A stretch of DNA of 64,000 nt, from assembly GCA_963719315.1 (NCBI GenBank), contig CAVRBU010000002.1:96001-160000 (forward strand). The letters are read 5' to 3'. This stretch comes from an uncultured Planctomycetota bacterium (GTDB lineage Bacteria; Planctomycetota; Planctomycetia; Pirellulales; Lacipirellulaceae). This document shows positions 30,412 to 40,405 of this stretch, piece by piece. Both the position numbers and the translations under genes were made by a program. How positions within the stretch are numbered: position 1 is the stretch's first letter; the number at the start of each line of letters is the position of its first letter. The notes beneath the pieces were generated by a model, which searched no databases, had not been told where the DNA came from, and saw nothing but the letters and a program-made list of their open reading frames with translations.

Positions 30412-32205
30412 TCAACCGTCGATGCTCCCGTCCACGGCGCAAAGCGCCAGTTCAATTGTCAGAATGCGGCCCACGAGATCGGCCGACTGAAAATCGCGTT
30501 TCTCGGCGCAACGTAGCAATTCTGCGAGCCGGTTCGGGTGATAGAGAGGCGCCGACCGTAAGTGGCCATAAGAATCTTGGCCGTTTACGCCCTTGCCGTT
30601 CCTAAGCGGTGATAGACAAGCCTGACGCGCGGCTAAAACGTGCTGCGTGGGCGCGATCGACTTGGATATCACGCTGCGTCCGAATGCCTTCTCACTCAGC
30701 TTGTTGATCGCCCGCGCGCCGATGTCCGAATAATACGGCACAAAGCGATGCATGTTCGATAGCCGCATCGGCTGCGCTGGTCCGCCGGACGTGGTCTTGA
30801 TGGCGGCCACGCGGCGGTCCAATCGTTCGATCATTGCGCGCATCAGCCCATGCCCGTTGCGATGACGCCAATGGATCGAGGTGACGACGTTGAATACCGG
30901 TTTGAAGAAAAAAGGCGATTGAATCAAGCCGTACGCGCCGAACGCCGGGCCGTACAGGCCAAAGTGGCCGGTGCACTTATAGGCGTACATCATATCGAGT
31001 TGCGTCGTGTTCAAGTCGTCCTCGTAAGCCAGCGTCCACTCGACCATGCGGCGGCCAAAGTCTTCTCGAACCGCGGCCGTCGAATCCCGCGCGAGCACCG
31101 AGGTATCCATCGGGTGGAGTAGTCGCATGTCGATCCAATTATCGAGGTCGACTCGATTCGACTTGCCGACTTTCAGAAACTCCTGCTGCCAGGCAAAGTT
31201 TCGCATCAGCTCGGCGCCGCCGCCGTTGAACATGATCGGTTCGATGCCCAGCTCGGGCGGTTGCCACATCGCCGCCGACAGGTCCAACGCATCCAGATGG
31301 CAGTCGCCCCACGCCGCGGCAGCATGAACGATTTCCGGCTGCATCCGCGGCCACTCGTGCGGAAGCGCTATGTGCAACCACTCCCAACCGGTTTCGCGAA
31401 CAATTCGTGAGGCAAAGCGAACATCCGGATGGCGATCGTCGCCGCGGGTGTTGGTCCGAAACGAAATGCCGGCGCGGCGCAGCAGCAGGTTCAACAGACG
31501 GCTGTCGTAGCCGCCCGTCAGATTCGTGCAATAGCAATACTGATTGTCGAGATACGAGCGAAACGTCTCGGTGGCCACATCGATCAAATGATCGGCAGCT
31601 TGATTCGGCCTGAGCCGGTTGACGCGCTCATCGATTTGCGGTCGCCAATACGTGCGGCGCTGACGGCTATGCGGCGTAAAGAAAACCAAGGTGCCCGGCA
31701 GGAGCCGCTCGATGCCCTCCCAATTGGTCAAGCTACCGAAGTGGTACCCGGCCCTCAGGAAAACCTCCATTCCAAATCGGTTTGGTTTGGCACGCAGGTG
31801 TTTGGCCAGCGCCAGTGCGGAAGTCGAAACAAACGTCTTTCCATCGCGTTCGGCAACGTACAGCGCCTGTAGGCCCAGCGGATCGCTGGCGACTACGACT
31901 TCCTGCGACACTGCATCGAAGGAAACTAGCGCGAACTGGCCATCCAGCGATTCGACCGGCCGGCCGATCAGTGAATCCTTGTAATGTACGAGCCCGTACG
32001 TCGCCGCCCAGGATCCGCCGTCGGTTTCGATTCCCGATTCAGTGGTTGTATTGAGCCGAACGACGCGCGCGAAAACGCCGGCACGGGCCGAGTAACGGTT
32101 GCTCCGACCGCGGAGCGACTCGAAGCTGGCCGCCAGATCGCCGATTTCGCGCTCCTCGACGGGCATTGTCCTATCGTGCCCAATAATAGCTACTAGTCCG
32201 CGCAT
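30412..32205 (-). CDS. Asparagine synthetase-like ATP-dependent amide ligase lacking the N-terminal Cys
   Basis: LDGQFA, SDPLG...LY, LTGGYDSR PP-loop, GGGAEL; starts MRGL rather than MCG. Confidence 0.82.
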   Translation of the reverse strand: MRGLVAIIGHDRTMPVEEREIGDLAASFESLRGRSNRYSARAGVFARVVRLNTTTESGIETDGGSWAATYGLVHYKDSLIGRPVESLDGQFALVSFDAVSQEVVVASDPLGLQALYVAERDGKTFVSTSALALAKHLRAKPNRFGMEVFLRAGYHFGSLTNWEGIERLLPGTLVFFTPHSRQRRTYWRPQIDERVNRLRPNQAADHLIDVATETFRSYLDNQYCYCTNLTGGYDSRLLNLLLRRAGISFRTNTRGDDRHPDVRFASRIVRETGWEWLHIALPHEWPRMQPEIVHAAAAWGDCHLDALDLSAAMWQPPELGIEPIMFNGGGAELMRNFAWQQEFLKVGKSNRVDLDNWIDMRLLHPMDTSVLARDSTAAVREDFGRRMVEWTLAYEDDLNTTQLDMMYAYKCTGHFGLYGPAFGAYGLIQSPFFFKPVFNVVTSIHWRHRNGHGLMRAMIERLDRRVAAIKTTSGGPAQPMRLSNMHRFVPYYSDIGARAINKLSEKAFGRSVISKSIAPTQHVLAARQACLSPLRNGKGVNGQDSYGHLRSAPLYHPNRLAELLRCAEKRDFQSADLVGRILTIELALCAVDGSIDG

Positions 32206-32207
32206 AG

Positions 32208-33395
32208 CTACGCACTCTCCGCGGCCAGAGATCGTTGGACAGGCACGATGTCGGCAGAAGCAATCGGCCTCCATTCCAAGCCGAGCTGTCGCGATGATTC
32301 TGCGGGCGCTACCCTCAGTAATGCAGGATGAGCCCGATCGGCGGCGGGACCGTCTATGCGCCATCCGCCGTCTGCTTCGCGCGTTAGTGCGGAAGAATCA
32401 CGCTCGCGCCACCAACGGGCAACCTGCTTCGGCAGAGCGTGCCATATTCCACTCATTTCACGAGCTTTTTCTAGCAGACGGCGATAGGTATTGATTCTCA
32501 AATCCGAATCCAAATAATCAGGATGCGTGATGATGAGGGCCATGCCGCCGAGTTGGGCCACGTAGTCGAGCTTTCGCTCCCATATTCGACCGCAGCGTTC
32601 ATCGAGTGCGATAAACAACGTGTGGTCTTGCGGCAGCGTGTAAGGCAGTTCCACAAACCGCCCGGCCACGAACGGCCACACCCCGCCGACTCCGCCGGGC
32701 ATTGCTTGGTATGGATCGGCGTCGAAGGTTGATGAGTCATATTCAATGCTGAGCGATTGAAGCCACTCAAGATTGCGGTGGACCATCGGGGCCCGGAAAC
32801 CGACCGCTTCGAATGCTTCCAAGGCGGCATGGATGGCGGGCACGCGGTTGTCGAAAACGGCCCGGCTCGTAAATAACTTTCCATCGTGGTTGTAGCCATG
32901 CACGCCAATCTCAAATTCGCGGCTACGCAGGTCGCGGAGTAACCCGCAATCAACTGGATACTTATGGGGCACGATATTCCACGATGAACGAAAACCGAGT
33001 TGCTCCTCCAAGTCGGCGATCTTTTCCATACGCCGCATGCCCTCGGCCGTTTCAACGTCGTGCGTCGGAACAAACGCGAATTTCGCGGCATCCGGCCAGG
33101 CGTGAATCGTCGGAATGCCGCCATCCGACATGCGCACTGCCTCTTCCAATGACCCGACGAACGACGACGGAAAATGCCAATCCGGCGCAGGATGTACTGG
33201 CCGATATCGCTGTAATAGCTGCCGGACCGGTAGAGGTATTAACGACCGCAACCGATAGTAGGCGCGAAAAGTCGTGGACAACTGCGCGGCCCGCAAATCG
33301 GCGACCAGCGATTCACGGAAGACCTTTTCGCCCACGCCGCTATCGAACAGAAATCGGTAGTCTACGGCGTCTATAGTATTCGGTGGGAAGTTCAT
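32208..33395 (-). CDS. Polysaccharide deacetylase family protein
   Basis: THDVE, EIGVHGYNHDG, GFRAP, YDSS, ITHPDY motifs. Confidence 0.85.
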   Translation of the reverse strand: MNFPPNTIDAVDYRFLFDSGVGEKVFRESLVADLRAAQLSTTFRAYYRLRSLIPLPVRQLLQRYRPVHPAPDWHFPSSFVGSLEEAVRMSDGGIPTIHAWPDAAKFAFVPTHDVETAEGMRRMEKIADLEEQLGFRSSWNIVPHKYPVDCGLLRDLRSREFEIGVHGYNHDGKLFTSRAVFDNRVPAIHAALEAFEAVGFRAPMVHRNLEWLQSLSIEYDSSTFDADPYQAMPGGVGGVWPFVAGRFVELPYTLPQDHTLFIALDERCGRIWERKLDYVAQLGGMALIITHPDYLDSDLRINTYRRLLEKAREMSGIWHALPKQVARWWRERDSSALTREADGGWRIDGPAADRAHPALLRVAPAESSRQLGLEWRPIASADIVPVQRSLAAESA

Positions 33396-33433
33396 CTGGA
33401 ACCGCCGATGGACTTTCAAGCGCCTCAAACGAA

Positions 33434-34312
33434 TCAGTTGGCGACTGTCCGGCGCATACGCTTTCCGTTGTGCTCGATGTGGCAAGTGCAAGGAACTCGG
33501 TAAAGGCCCACGTCGTGCAACACTTGCTTGACGCGTTCCGAAAGCAGATCGACCACGATGCCCTTCGCGTCGTAACCGATGTTGCTCACGCTGATCGACT
33601 TGTCGAGCGATCGCACGTAGTGCCACCAGCCGCGCGGAATGAATAGCATCTGGCCCGGTTCGATGACGACGCGATATTCAGTCGCCTTTTCGAACAGCGG
33701 AAACCTTTCGGCGTCGTAACGATCAACGTCCATTTCGCTCGACATCGTGCCTTGGTCGAACCTCGGCGATGGATACATGTACTTAGTATCTTTGGGTGCG
33801 ACCAATCGCACTTCCTTGCGACCACAGATTTGTGCGAGAGCGTTATCGCCCCAATCGACGTGATAGCCGGTCACGGTACCGGCAGGCCCAATCCAGCCCT
33901 TTGGGGTGTTCTTCAACTTGAATTGCGACAGCAGCGAAAAGTCAACGTCGTTTCTCAAATCCGGGAAGGCGGTAAACACTTTGAATACCGAGAGGTAGCC
34001 TTTGGGCGCAGGTTTCCCGCTCTCGTCGTCGGCCATGCGGCGAATGTACTCGCCATACTCCATGACCTCATATTGGCCTCCGCCTTGCAACACGTTGTTC
34101 ATCTCCAGAAAGACGCGCTTCGACAACGACAGATTCGCGAAGAACTCGAACGACCACTTCTTCATTGCCGGCCAATTGGCCGTCACTTTCCGCATCAGCA
34201 GCGGTGTGTTGGTGTCGATATAATCTCGTTTGAATGCTTCCGGCGTGATGGTATCGACGGCGTCGATCGCCGACGCCGATTTGACGAATGGATTTGATTC
34301 GACAGCTAACAT
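33434..34312 (-). CDS. JmjC/cupin_8 Fe(II)/2-oxoglutarate oxygenase
   Basis: WPAMKKWS, WIGPAGTVTGYHVD..DN..QICGRK, PGQMLFIPRGWWHYVRSL; intact H-x-D...H triad. Confidence 0.92.
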   Translation of the reverse strand: MLAVESNPFVKSASAIDAVDTITPEAFKRDYIDTNTPLLMRKVTANWPAMKKWSFEFFANLSLSKRVFLEMNNVLQGGGQYEVMEYGEYIRRMADDESGKPAPKGYLSVFKVFTAFPDLRNDVDFSLLSQFKLKNTPKGWIGPAGTVTGYHVDWGDNALAQICGRKEVRLVAPKDTKYMYPSPRFDQGTMSSEMDVDRYDAERFPLFEKATEYRVVIEPGQMLFIPRGWWHYVRSLDKSISVSNIGYDAKGIVVDLLSERVKQVLHDVGLYRVPCTCHIEHNGKRMRRTVAN

Positions 34313-34395
34313 GGAAATCTCCCGTTTCTTCAAACTCGTCAGCCACGAGCGACAGTCGCCACCCGGCGCTATCTCGGGCCGCAATACTACCTATG

Positions 34396-35463
34396 TTATT
34401 TGGGCGAAATTACGTTTCGGCCCAATGCGTACGCCCTTTCCGCAAGCGCCATCTTCCAACGCGAATACACTTTTCGATAGCGGCCGTAGCTCACGAGCTC
34501 GCCGCCGAAGCTGGCCTTGAAATCGCGGACGCCGTAGGGCACGTTCGGCCATCCGGCGCCGCCAAAGTCATAGCGTTCGAAACCGTGCTCACAGCTCCAC
34601 ACGATCTCGCGCCATTGCAAGTACGCGGCGGGCGACAATCCAGGAATGCGTTCCGAACCGCCGTACCAGGCAAACACATGCTTGTTAAATAGCAGCATGG
34701 TATCGGCCGCCACGGGCTTTTCACCGTCGTAGACGATTACGAATTCGATCATGTTCCGCGGTTTGAGAATCTTGTACGCAGCCTCGAACAGGCTGCGGTC
34801 GGCCAGAGGCACACCGGCGCGCCCATACGTCCGACGCAGAAAGCCATAGAGCACATCGACATACTCGGGCGAGTCGAAGAGCCGCATCTCATAGCCGCGG
34901 CGTTCGCACTTGCGAACATAAGATCGTGCGGAATCGTGGACACGGCTCCAAATCTCGTCAAGGGGCTGCGTTGTATCGAGTATAAAATTCAAATAGTCGA
35001 GGTACTGGTAGCCGCAATGCTCGAGTTCAGTTCGTTCCAGTCCGCTAGCCTGAAGCGGTCGGACTTCGGCGAACAATGCGCGCCGTTGAAAGAGACGATC
35101 GTGCTCTTCGATCAATCCGCGAAGTGAATCGACGCTCTCCGGCGTATCGGAACACAACGGCTCGGCATACCACACGGACCGAGATGAGACCGACCCAAAC
35201 ACATTTGGCAATGTTTGCACGCGAACCGCGACCAGCAAGGAGAGAATCTCTCCCGCATCGGTCACTGCGGCCAAAGCCAGCGGTGTGTGCCCCTTGGCTG
35301 CGTCGAACACCTCGACCATGGCCGATGCATGGAACACGCTTCCCCTCGGGTGACGAAGCACGAACTCATCCCACGCGGGCTGGATACGATCCCAGTCGCT
35401 CAGCAGGTCAATCACCTGCCAACTCGTGCTCTGCTCTGTGAGTACCGTTGCCACTTCTATCAC
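34396..35463 (-). CDS. FemAB-like GNAT family acyl/aminoacyl transferase
   Basis: WDEFV..HP.GS.FH, R..VRK, LQW..I.W....G...YDFGGAG...YGVRDFK..FGG. Confidence 0.85.
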   Translation of the reverse strand: MIEVATVLTEQSTSWQVIDLLSDWDRIQPAWDEFVLRHPRGSVFHASAMVEVFDAAKGHTPLALAAVTDAGEILSLLVAVRVQTLPNVFGSVSSRSVWYAEPLCSDTPESVDSLRGLIEEHDRLFQRRALFAEVRPLQASGLERTELEHCGYQYLDYLNFILDTTQPLDEIWSRVHDSARSYVRKCERRGYEMRLFDSPEYVDVLYGFLRRTYGRAGVPLADRSLFEAAYKILKPRNMIEFVIVYDGEKPVAADTMLLFNKHVFAWYGGSERIPGLSPAAYLQWREIVWSCEHGFERYDFGGAGWPNVPYGVRDFKASFGGELVSYGRYRKVYSRWKMALAERAYALGRNVISPK

Positions 35464-35516
35464 CCTTTACTGGTCGCCGGCGGCGACCGATATCTCCATT
35501 CTAATTGCTGAGCCGA

Positions 35517-36612
35517 TCATTTTTGCATAAACATCGAACGTTTTAGCTTGTAGACCCTTTCCGCAAACGCCAATTTCCAGGGGCAATAAACTTTTTGGTA
35601 GCGACCAAATTCAACGAGCTCACCGCCGAACTTGGCTTTGAAATCGCGGACACTGTAAGGGACGTTCAGGGCGCCCTGCCCCGCCGCCATCGTAGATTGC
35701 AAAGCCGTGCTCGTGAGCCCACTTCAATTCATACCACCGCAACAAGCTGCCTGGCGAACCGGCGGCGGATCGACACACGCCCCCATACCAAGAGTAAATC
35801 TGGTTCTTAAAGATTAAGGTCACATCCATCGCGACAGGCGTGCCGCCCTCGTATACTCCAAAGAATTTGGCGACACCCTGTGGATACAACTCCCGCGCAG
35901 TTGCCTCAAACAAGCTGCGATCCACCAACGGCACGCCGGCACGACTGTAGCTGAGCCTGAGCAGCGAATACAACTGTTCGACGGCCTCTTCCGCGGGAAC
36001 TTCACGCACTGTAAGGCCGCGATCCTCGCATTGGCGAACGGCTCGGCGGACCGATCGGTGCAACTTGGACCAGATCACGTCGACCGGCTGAGTCACGTCA
36101 AACAAGTAATTCAGGTATTCGTAAAACTCGTAACCTGCTCTTTCCAGAACAATCTGTTCGTTACCGGGAGCAAATATAGGTCGCACCTCAGCGAACAGCA
36201 CTGACCGGCGCATTACGGCATCGTGCCGAGCAATAAGCTGCGACAGAGCCGCCATGCTATCCGGATCGTCGTTGCAAAGTGGCTCTGCATAGAAGATCGC
36301 TCGCGACGAAAGCCGTCCCAGCGGTGGAGGCAGCGTCTGCACGCGAATGCTGACAATGAGGGCCGCAATCCTGCCGTCCGGCCGGACGCTCGCAAGTGCC
36401 AACGGCTTGTTGCCTTTTGTGGCCCGAAACACGCGAACCATACTCGACGTATTGAATATGGAGCCTCTAGGATGCACGGCGACAAACTGGTCCCAGCGCG
36501 GCTGAAGTCGAGTCCAATCCTCCAAGAGATCGACAATTTCATTCTGTCGCGGCGCAGTAGATACTTGCGCCGCGGCAATCTTTTCTGTTGTGGAGGGGTA
36601 AGTATTTTGCAT
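35517..36612 (-). CDS. Second FemAB-like GNAT transferase (frameshift near 35680)
   Basis: Paralogue of the adjacent gene (VQTLP...SSR...YAEPLC, YLNY..D.TQP); C-terminus YSVRDFKAKFGG lies in another frame. Confidence 0.82.
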
Positions 36613-36667
36613 GTATAGACGATGTTTGTCTTTGATCGTGCGTGATGCAATAAATCGAGATAGCGTC

Positions 36668-37969
36668 TTATCGCCTTGATACAAGTCCTTGGCTTTTGAT
36701 CGACGCCAACTCTGGATGCTCGGCAGCCTCCGCCGGAACGCGGGCTCCGCGATCCAGGCTCCGGTAGGCCTCGAGCAAGTACGCTTCTTGTCGCTGCCAA
36801 CTCAACTGTTCCGCAATGCGGCATCGGCCCGCTTCACCGAGTCGTTTACGGAGCGTCGAATCGTCCATCAGCCGCAAGATTTGGCGCGCAAAGTCGGCTT
36901 CGTCGTTCGGCCGTGCGTACAGCGCCGTTTCGCCGGCCGTCACGCGGTGCTCGGGAAGATCGAACGCCACAACCGGCTTCGCTTGGGCCATGTATTCCAT
37001 CAGCTTGACGATCGTCGAGCGGTCGTTGTACGAGTTGGACGGGTCGGGCACGACACAAATATCGGTGGCAGCTAGGTAGCGAGGGACTTTTTCATAATCG
37101 ACCCAGCCGGTGAAATAGACCTTTTCGGCAATTTCGAGTTGCTCGACTAACTGGCGCAGCGATTCCATTGCAGGACCTTTACCAATCAAGATGCAGCGCC
37201 AATCGGATCGCTGATGCACATGGCGCAGGATGTGCAGCGCCCGCAGCAAGTAGTCGACACCGTCCTGCCGGCCCATGATGCCCACATAGCCAAACACATT
37301 TGGCGCGCCGTTGCGCAATGAATCATCGGGTTCGAAGCGTTGCAAATGCCAGGGCTCGGGACCGTTTCGCACGATCGTGATGCGGCTCGCCGGGATGCCG
37401 CCGCGTTCCATCTGCACTTTCTTACAGGACTCATTGGTGGCGATGACGTGGTCGGCCCAACGGCACGAAAATCGCTCAAAACAAAGCAGCACTCGATGCA
37501 GGACGCGGTTTCCCGATGGATCGAAACGGGACAAATACATATCGGGCGCCAAATCGTGCTGATCGAACACGAAGCGCTTGCCGAACAGCCGCCAGAAGCC
37601 GCCGATCAGAACCAAGAAATCCGGTGGATTGTGGGCGTGAACCACGTCGAAACCACGCCGCACGGCGACCCAGAGCGTTAGCGCCGCAATGATCGAAAGC
37701 GTGTAAGAGTATTCCAACAGATAGCCTAGAATTCCGTTCGCGACAAACGGCGGCGGAAATTGGTAAGCTGCAACGCCGTCGAAGACTTCGTACCACCGCT
37801 CACCGTCGGCGGCGGGACCAATGACTGTCACTTGATACCCGGCGGCCACCAACGAGTTCGCCTCGCACCGTACCCGGCCATCCTCGGAGTAGGCCGAGTT
37901 TTCGAGCAGCATCAGGACGCATTTGCGGCGGAGTTTGCCACTTCCTGAATTGCTATTCCTGGAGCTCAT
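36668..37969 (-). CDS. Glycosyltransferase family 4
   Basis: DGRVRCEA, HNPPD, QDGVD, KLMEYMAQAKPVV. Confidence 0.92.
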   Translation of the reverse strand: MSSRNSNSGSGKLRRKCVLMLLENSAYSEDGRVRCEANSLVAAGYQVTVIGPAADGERWYEVFDGVAAYQFPPPFVANGILGYLLEYSYTLSIIAALTLWVAVRRGFDVVHAHNPPDFLVLIGGFWRLFGKRFVFDQHDLAPDMYLSRFDPSGNRVLHRVLLCFERFSCRWADHVIATNESCKKVQMERGGIPASRITIVRNGPEPWHLQRFEPDDSLRNGAPNVFGYVGIMGRQDGVDYLLRALHILRHVHQRSDWRCILIGKGPAMESLRQLVEQLEIAEKVYFTGWVDYEKVPRYLAATDICVVPDPSNSYNDRSTIVKLMEYMAQAKPVVAFDLPEHRVTAGETALYARPNDEADFARQILRLMDDSTLRKRLGEAGRCRIAEQLSWQRQEAYLLEAYRSLDRGARVPAEAAEHPELASIKSQGLVSRR

Positions 37970-39201
37970 AGTAGCTGCTCCTGCGGATAGCGCTCTGCGG
38001 GTATCTCGCCACCTAACAGACACGGATCGTTTGTCGAGTTCGTATCGGCAAGCGTCGACTCATGTTCGCCCGGCGCGGCAATGGACTCGAATAGTCTTAA
38101 TCGCTCTGCAACGTTTTTGTTTGAGAAATGTGTCTCCGCCACTTCGCGGTTGCGTTCGCCCATTTCGCGTCGCAGCGTGGCCGAGTGATAGACCCTCAGC
38201 AGCGCTTCGGCCAAAGCATGTACGTCGTTCTCAGGCACGACGATTCGTTCGACGACGCGCGGTATCTCCGTGTGCTGCGTCGTGACGACTGGCTTTCCGC
38301 AAGCCATCGCCTCGATAAGCACGCTGGGAAACCCCTCGCAGCCACCCTCCGAGTCGCGATGACAGGGAAGGCAAAACACGTCGCACGCATGGTAGACAGC
38401 TTGCAATGCGGCGCCGCTGAGCTTGCCGAAGAACGCCACCTGAGACTCTACGCCGACCTTTCGAGCGAGTGCAGGCACATCCACGGGTTCGCGGCCGTCG
38501 TGCCCACCAACAACCCACACCTCAACATCGTCACGACCAAGTTCTTTCACTGCTTTAAAAAGCACTTCATGCCCCTTCGTCGGGCCATAGAACGCTACGA
38601 TTAAAACAATGAATTTCTTCGCGGGTTGATATTGGTCAAGATCCACGGCGAGCCGCACGACTTCCACTCGACGGCGGTCGATGCCATAGCGGTCGGCAAG
38701 TTGCCGGCGGTTGTGCTCCGTGACGGAAACGATCTGGTCGCAGGCCGCGAGCGCGATTTTGAAAAGCTCGACATTGGGATTGAAATACATTTCGGACGAA
38801 TGGATCGTCACGGAAAGCGGCTTGTCTAACAGCCGTTTCGAATAATAACCAATAAACAACTTGCGATCGCCGAACGTGGCGTAGATGACATCTACGTCTT
38901 TCATGTGCGGCGCGAAATATGCCGCCAGCATGAAATCGACAATTGCTCCTCGCCGAATTGCTTCCCAGAGCACCGCGACGTAGTGGATCGGCATGGCAAG
39001 AAAGCGCAGCGGTTGGCTGAGCAACACCTGCCAAATTCGCCACGGATAATAGTTCCATTCGGGCCGGGGATTGTACAAGCCGCAGCGGTGTTTGCACGGA
39101 AACAAACTGATCGCGGCGCCTTGATTGGCCAGCTCCAACACTTCCCGGTATACGAAGTGCTCCATGCCGTTCTTCATCGATAAAATAACGCCAAGATGCA
39201 T
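37966..39201 (-). CDS. Glycosyltransferase family 4 (WcaL-like)
   Basis: KGHEVL, EGFPSVLIEAMACGKPVV (E-X7-E). Confidence 0.9.
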   Translation of the reverse strand: MHLGVILSMKNGMEHFVYREVLELANQGAAISLFPCKHRCGLYNPRPEWNYYPWRIWQVLLSQPLRFLAMPIHYVAVLWEAIRRGAIVDFMLAAYFAPHMKDVDVIYATFGDRKLFIGYYSKRLLDKPLSVTIHSSEMYFNPNVELFKIALAACDQIVSVTEHNRRQLADRYGIDRRRVEVVRLAVDLDQYQPAKKFIVLIVAFYGPTKGHEVLFKAVKELGRDDVEVWVVGGHDGREPVDVPALARKVGVESQVAFFGKLSGAALQAVYHACDVFCLPCHRDSEGGCEGFPSVLIEAMACGKPVVTTQHTEIPRVVERIVVPENDVHALAEALLRVYHSATLRREMGERNREVAETHFSNKNVAERLRLFESIAAPGEHESTLADTNSTNDPCLLGGEIPAERYPQEQLL

Positions 39202-39265
39202 GCTGTACTCGTGCAAACAGAAACTGAAACACAAAAACGAGTCGGCCGCGAGCGATTGTTCGCGG

Positions 39266-40405
39266 TTAACCCGATTTAACCTCCAAGGCAACTCGGTCGG
39301 CCGCGCTCGCTGGCTGTGGCGCAGTTTGCCGATCTCGAATCGCACGCCGATAGACTTCCATAACTCGTTGCGCCACGCTTTCCGGCGACCACTCGGCGTC
39401 CAGCTTTCGCCGTCCGGCAGCCCCGAGTGCTCGGCATCTCAGGGGATCGCCGAGGAGCTCAATAATTGCCGAGGCCAACGCCGAAGTGTCGGCTGGTGGA
39501 ATTAGTCTTCCTGTAACGCCATCCTCCACCGCATCGGCCAGCGCGCCGACGCGAGTTGCCACAACCGGTTTGGCGAAGGAATACGCAATCGGAATCACGC
39601 CGCTTTGCGTCGCCTCCACGTAGGGCAAAACCACAACACTTGCTTGCTGGAAAAGCTCGTCGCGATGGCGCGTGGTAATGAATCGATTGTGCACCTCGAA
39701 TCGTTCGGGTCGCGTCATGAGTCGGCGATACGATTCGAAATCTTCGCCCTCGCCGGCAATGATGATCCGTACATTCGACACCACGCGGCTGACGAGCGGT
39801 TCCGCTTCGATCAGGTATTTCAGCCCTTTGTAGTCCCAAATACGGCCGAAAAATAAAAGCGTTTTGCCGTCGTCGAGAGCTGCGGCCGGCACCGTCGGAC
39901 TTCCGATCGCCACATGAGGAATAACGTGCACCTTTTCGGCGGGAGTTCCGAACAAGCCGATCACCTGTTGCTTTAACACTTCGCCGTGAACGAGCATTCG
40001 ATCTGCCCGTCGATAGCCGAAGTCCATCATCCACTGCGGCGTACGCCGTGAAGCGCGATCACCCACATGGTGCCGCGGGTCGTGAATCGTGATCACCAAG
40101 GGATACGCTCGCAACAGCGGCAGCGCCAAGTTAAACCACGCGTGGCAATGCTGATAATGGACTACATCGGGCCGAAAACGCCGTATTTGTTGGAGCACGT
40201 TCGCGATCATCTTTAACTGGCGGATCGGTTGACGTAATCGGGGCTTATCAAATGGGCAGTAGAAAATCCTGGAATCGATCGAAGTTTGGTGCTCAGTCGC
40301 ATCATCGCGCGGCAGCATCAGCAGGACATCGCACTCGCGAGCCAAACCGTTGGCTAGCTGAATGCTGTAGTCGGCCGTTCCGAAAGATAAAAACGCGACT
40401 CTCAT
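39266..40405 (-). CDS. Glycosyltransferase family 4
   Basis: FFGRIWDYKGL, LPYVEATQSGV, KPVVATRVG. Confidence 0.92.
   Translation of the reverse strand: MRVAFLSFGTADYSIQLANGLARECDVLLMLPRDDATEHQTSIDSRIFYCPFDKPRLRQPIRQLKMIANVLQQIRRFRPDVVHYQHCHAWFNLALPLLRAYPLVITIHDPRHHVGDRASRRTPQWMMDFGYRRADRMLVHGEVLKQQVIGLFGTPAEKVHVIPHVAIGSPTVPAAALDDGKTLLFFGRIWDYKGLKYLIEAEPLVSRVVSNVRIIIAGEGEDFESYRRLMTRPERFEVHNRFITTRHRDELFQQASVVVLPYVEATQSGVIPIAYSFAKPVVATRVGALADAVEDGVTGRLIPPADTSALASAIIELLGDPLRCRALGAAGRRKLDAEWSPESVAQRVMEVYRRAIRDRQTAPQPASAADRVALEVKSG

Noticed and set aside
30412..34312. Lasso peptide or other RiPP cluster (AsnB-like cyclase plus JmjC)
   Set aside because: No precursor peptide, leader peptidase or RRE gene is visible, and the context is a polysaccharide operon.
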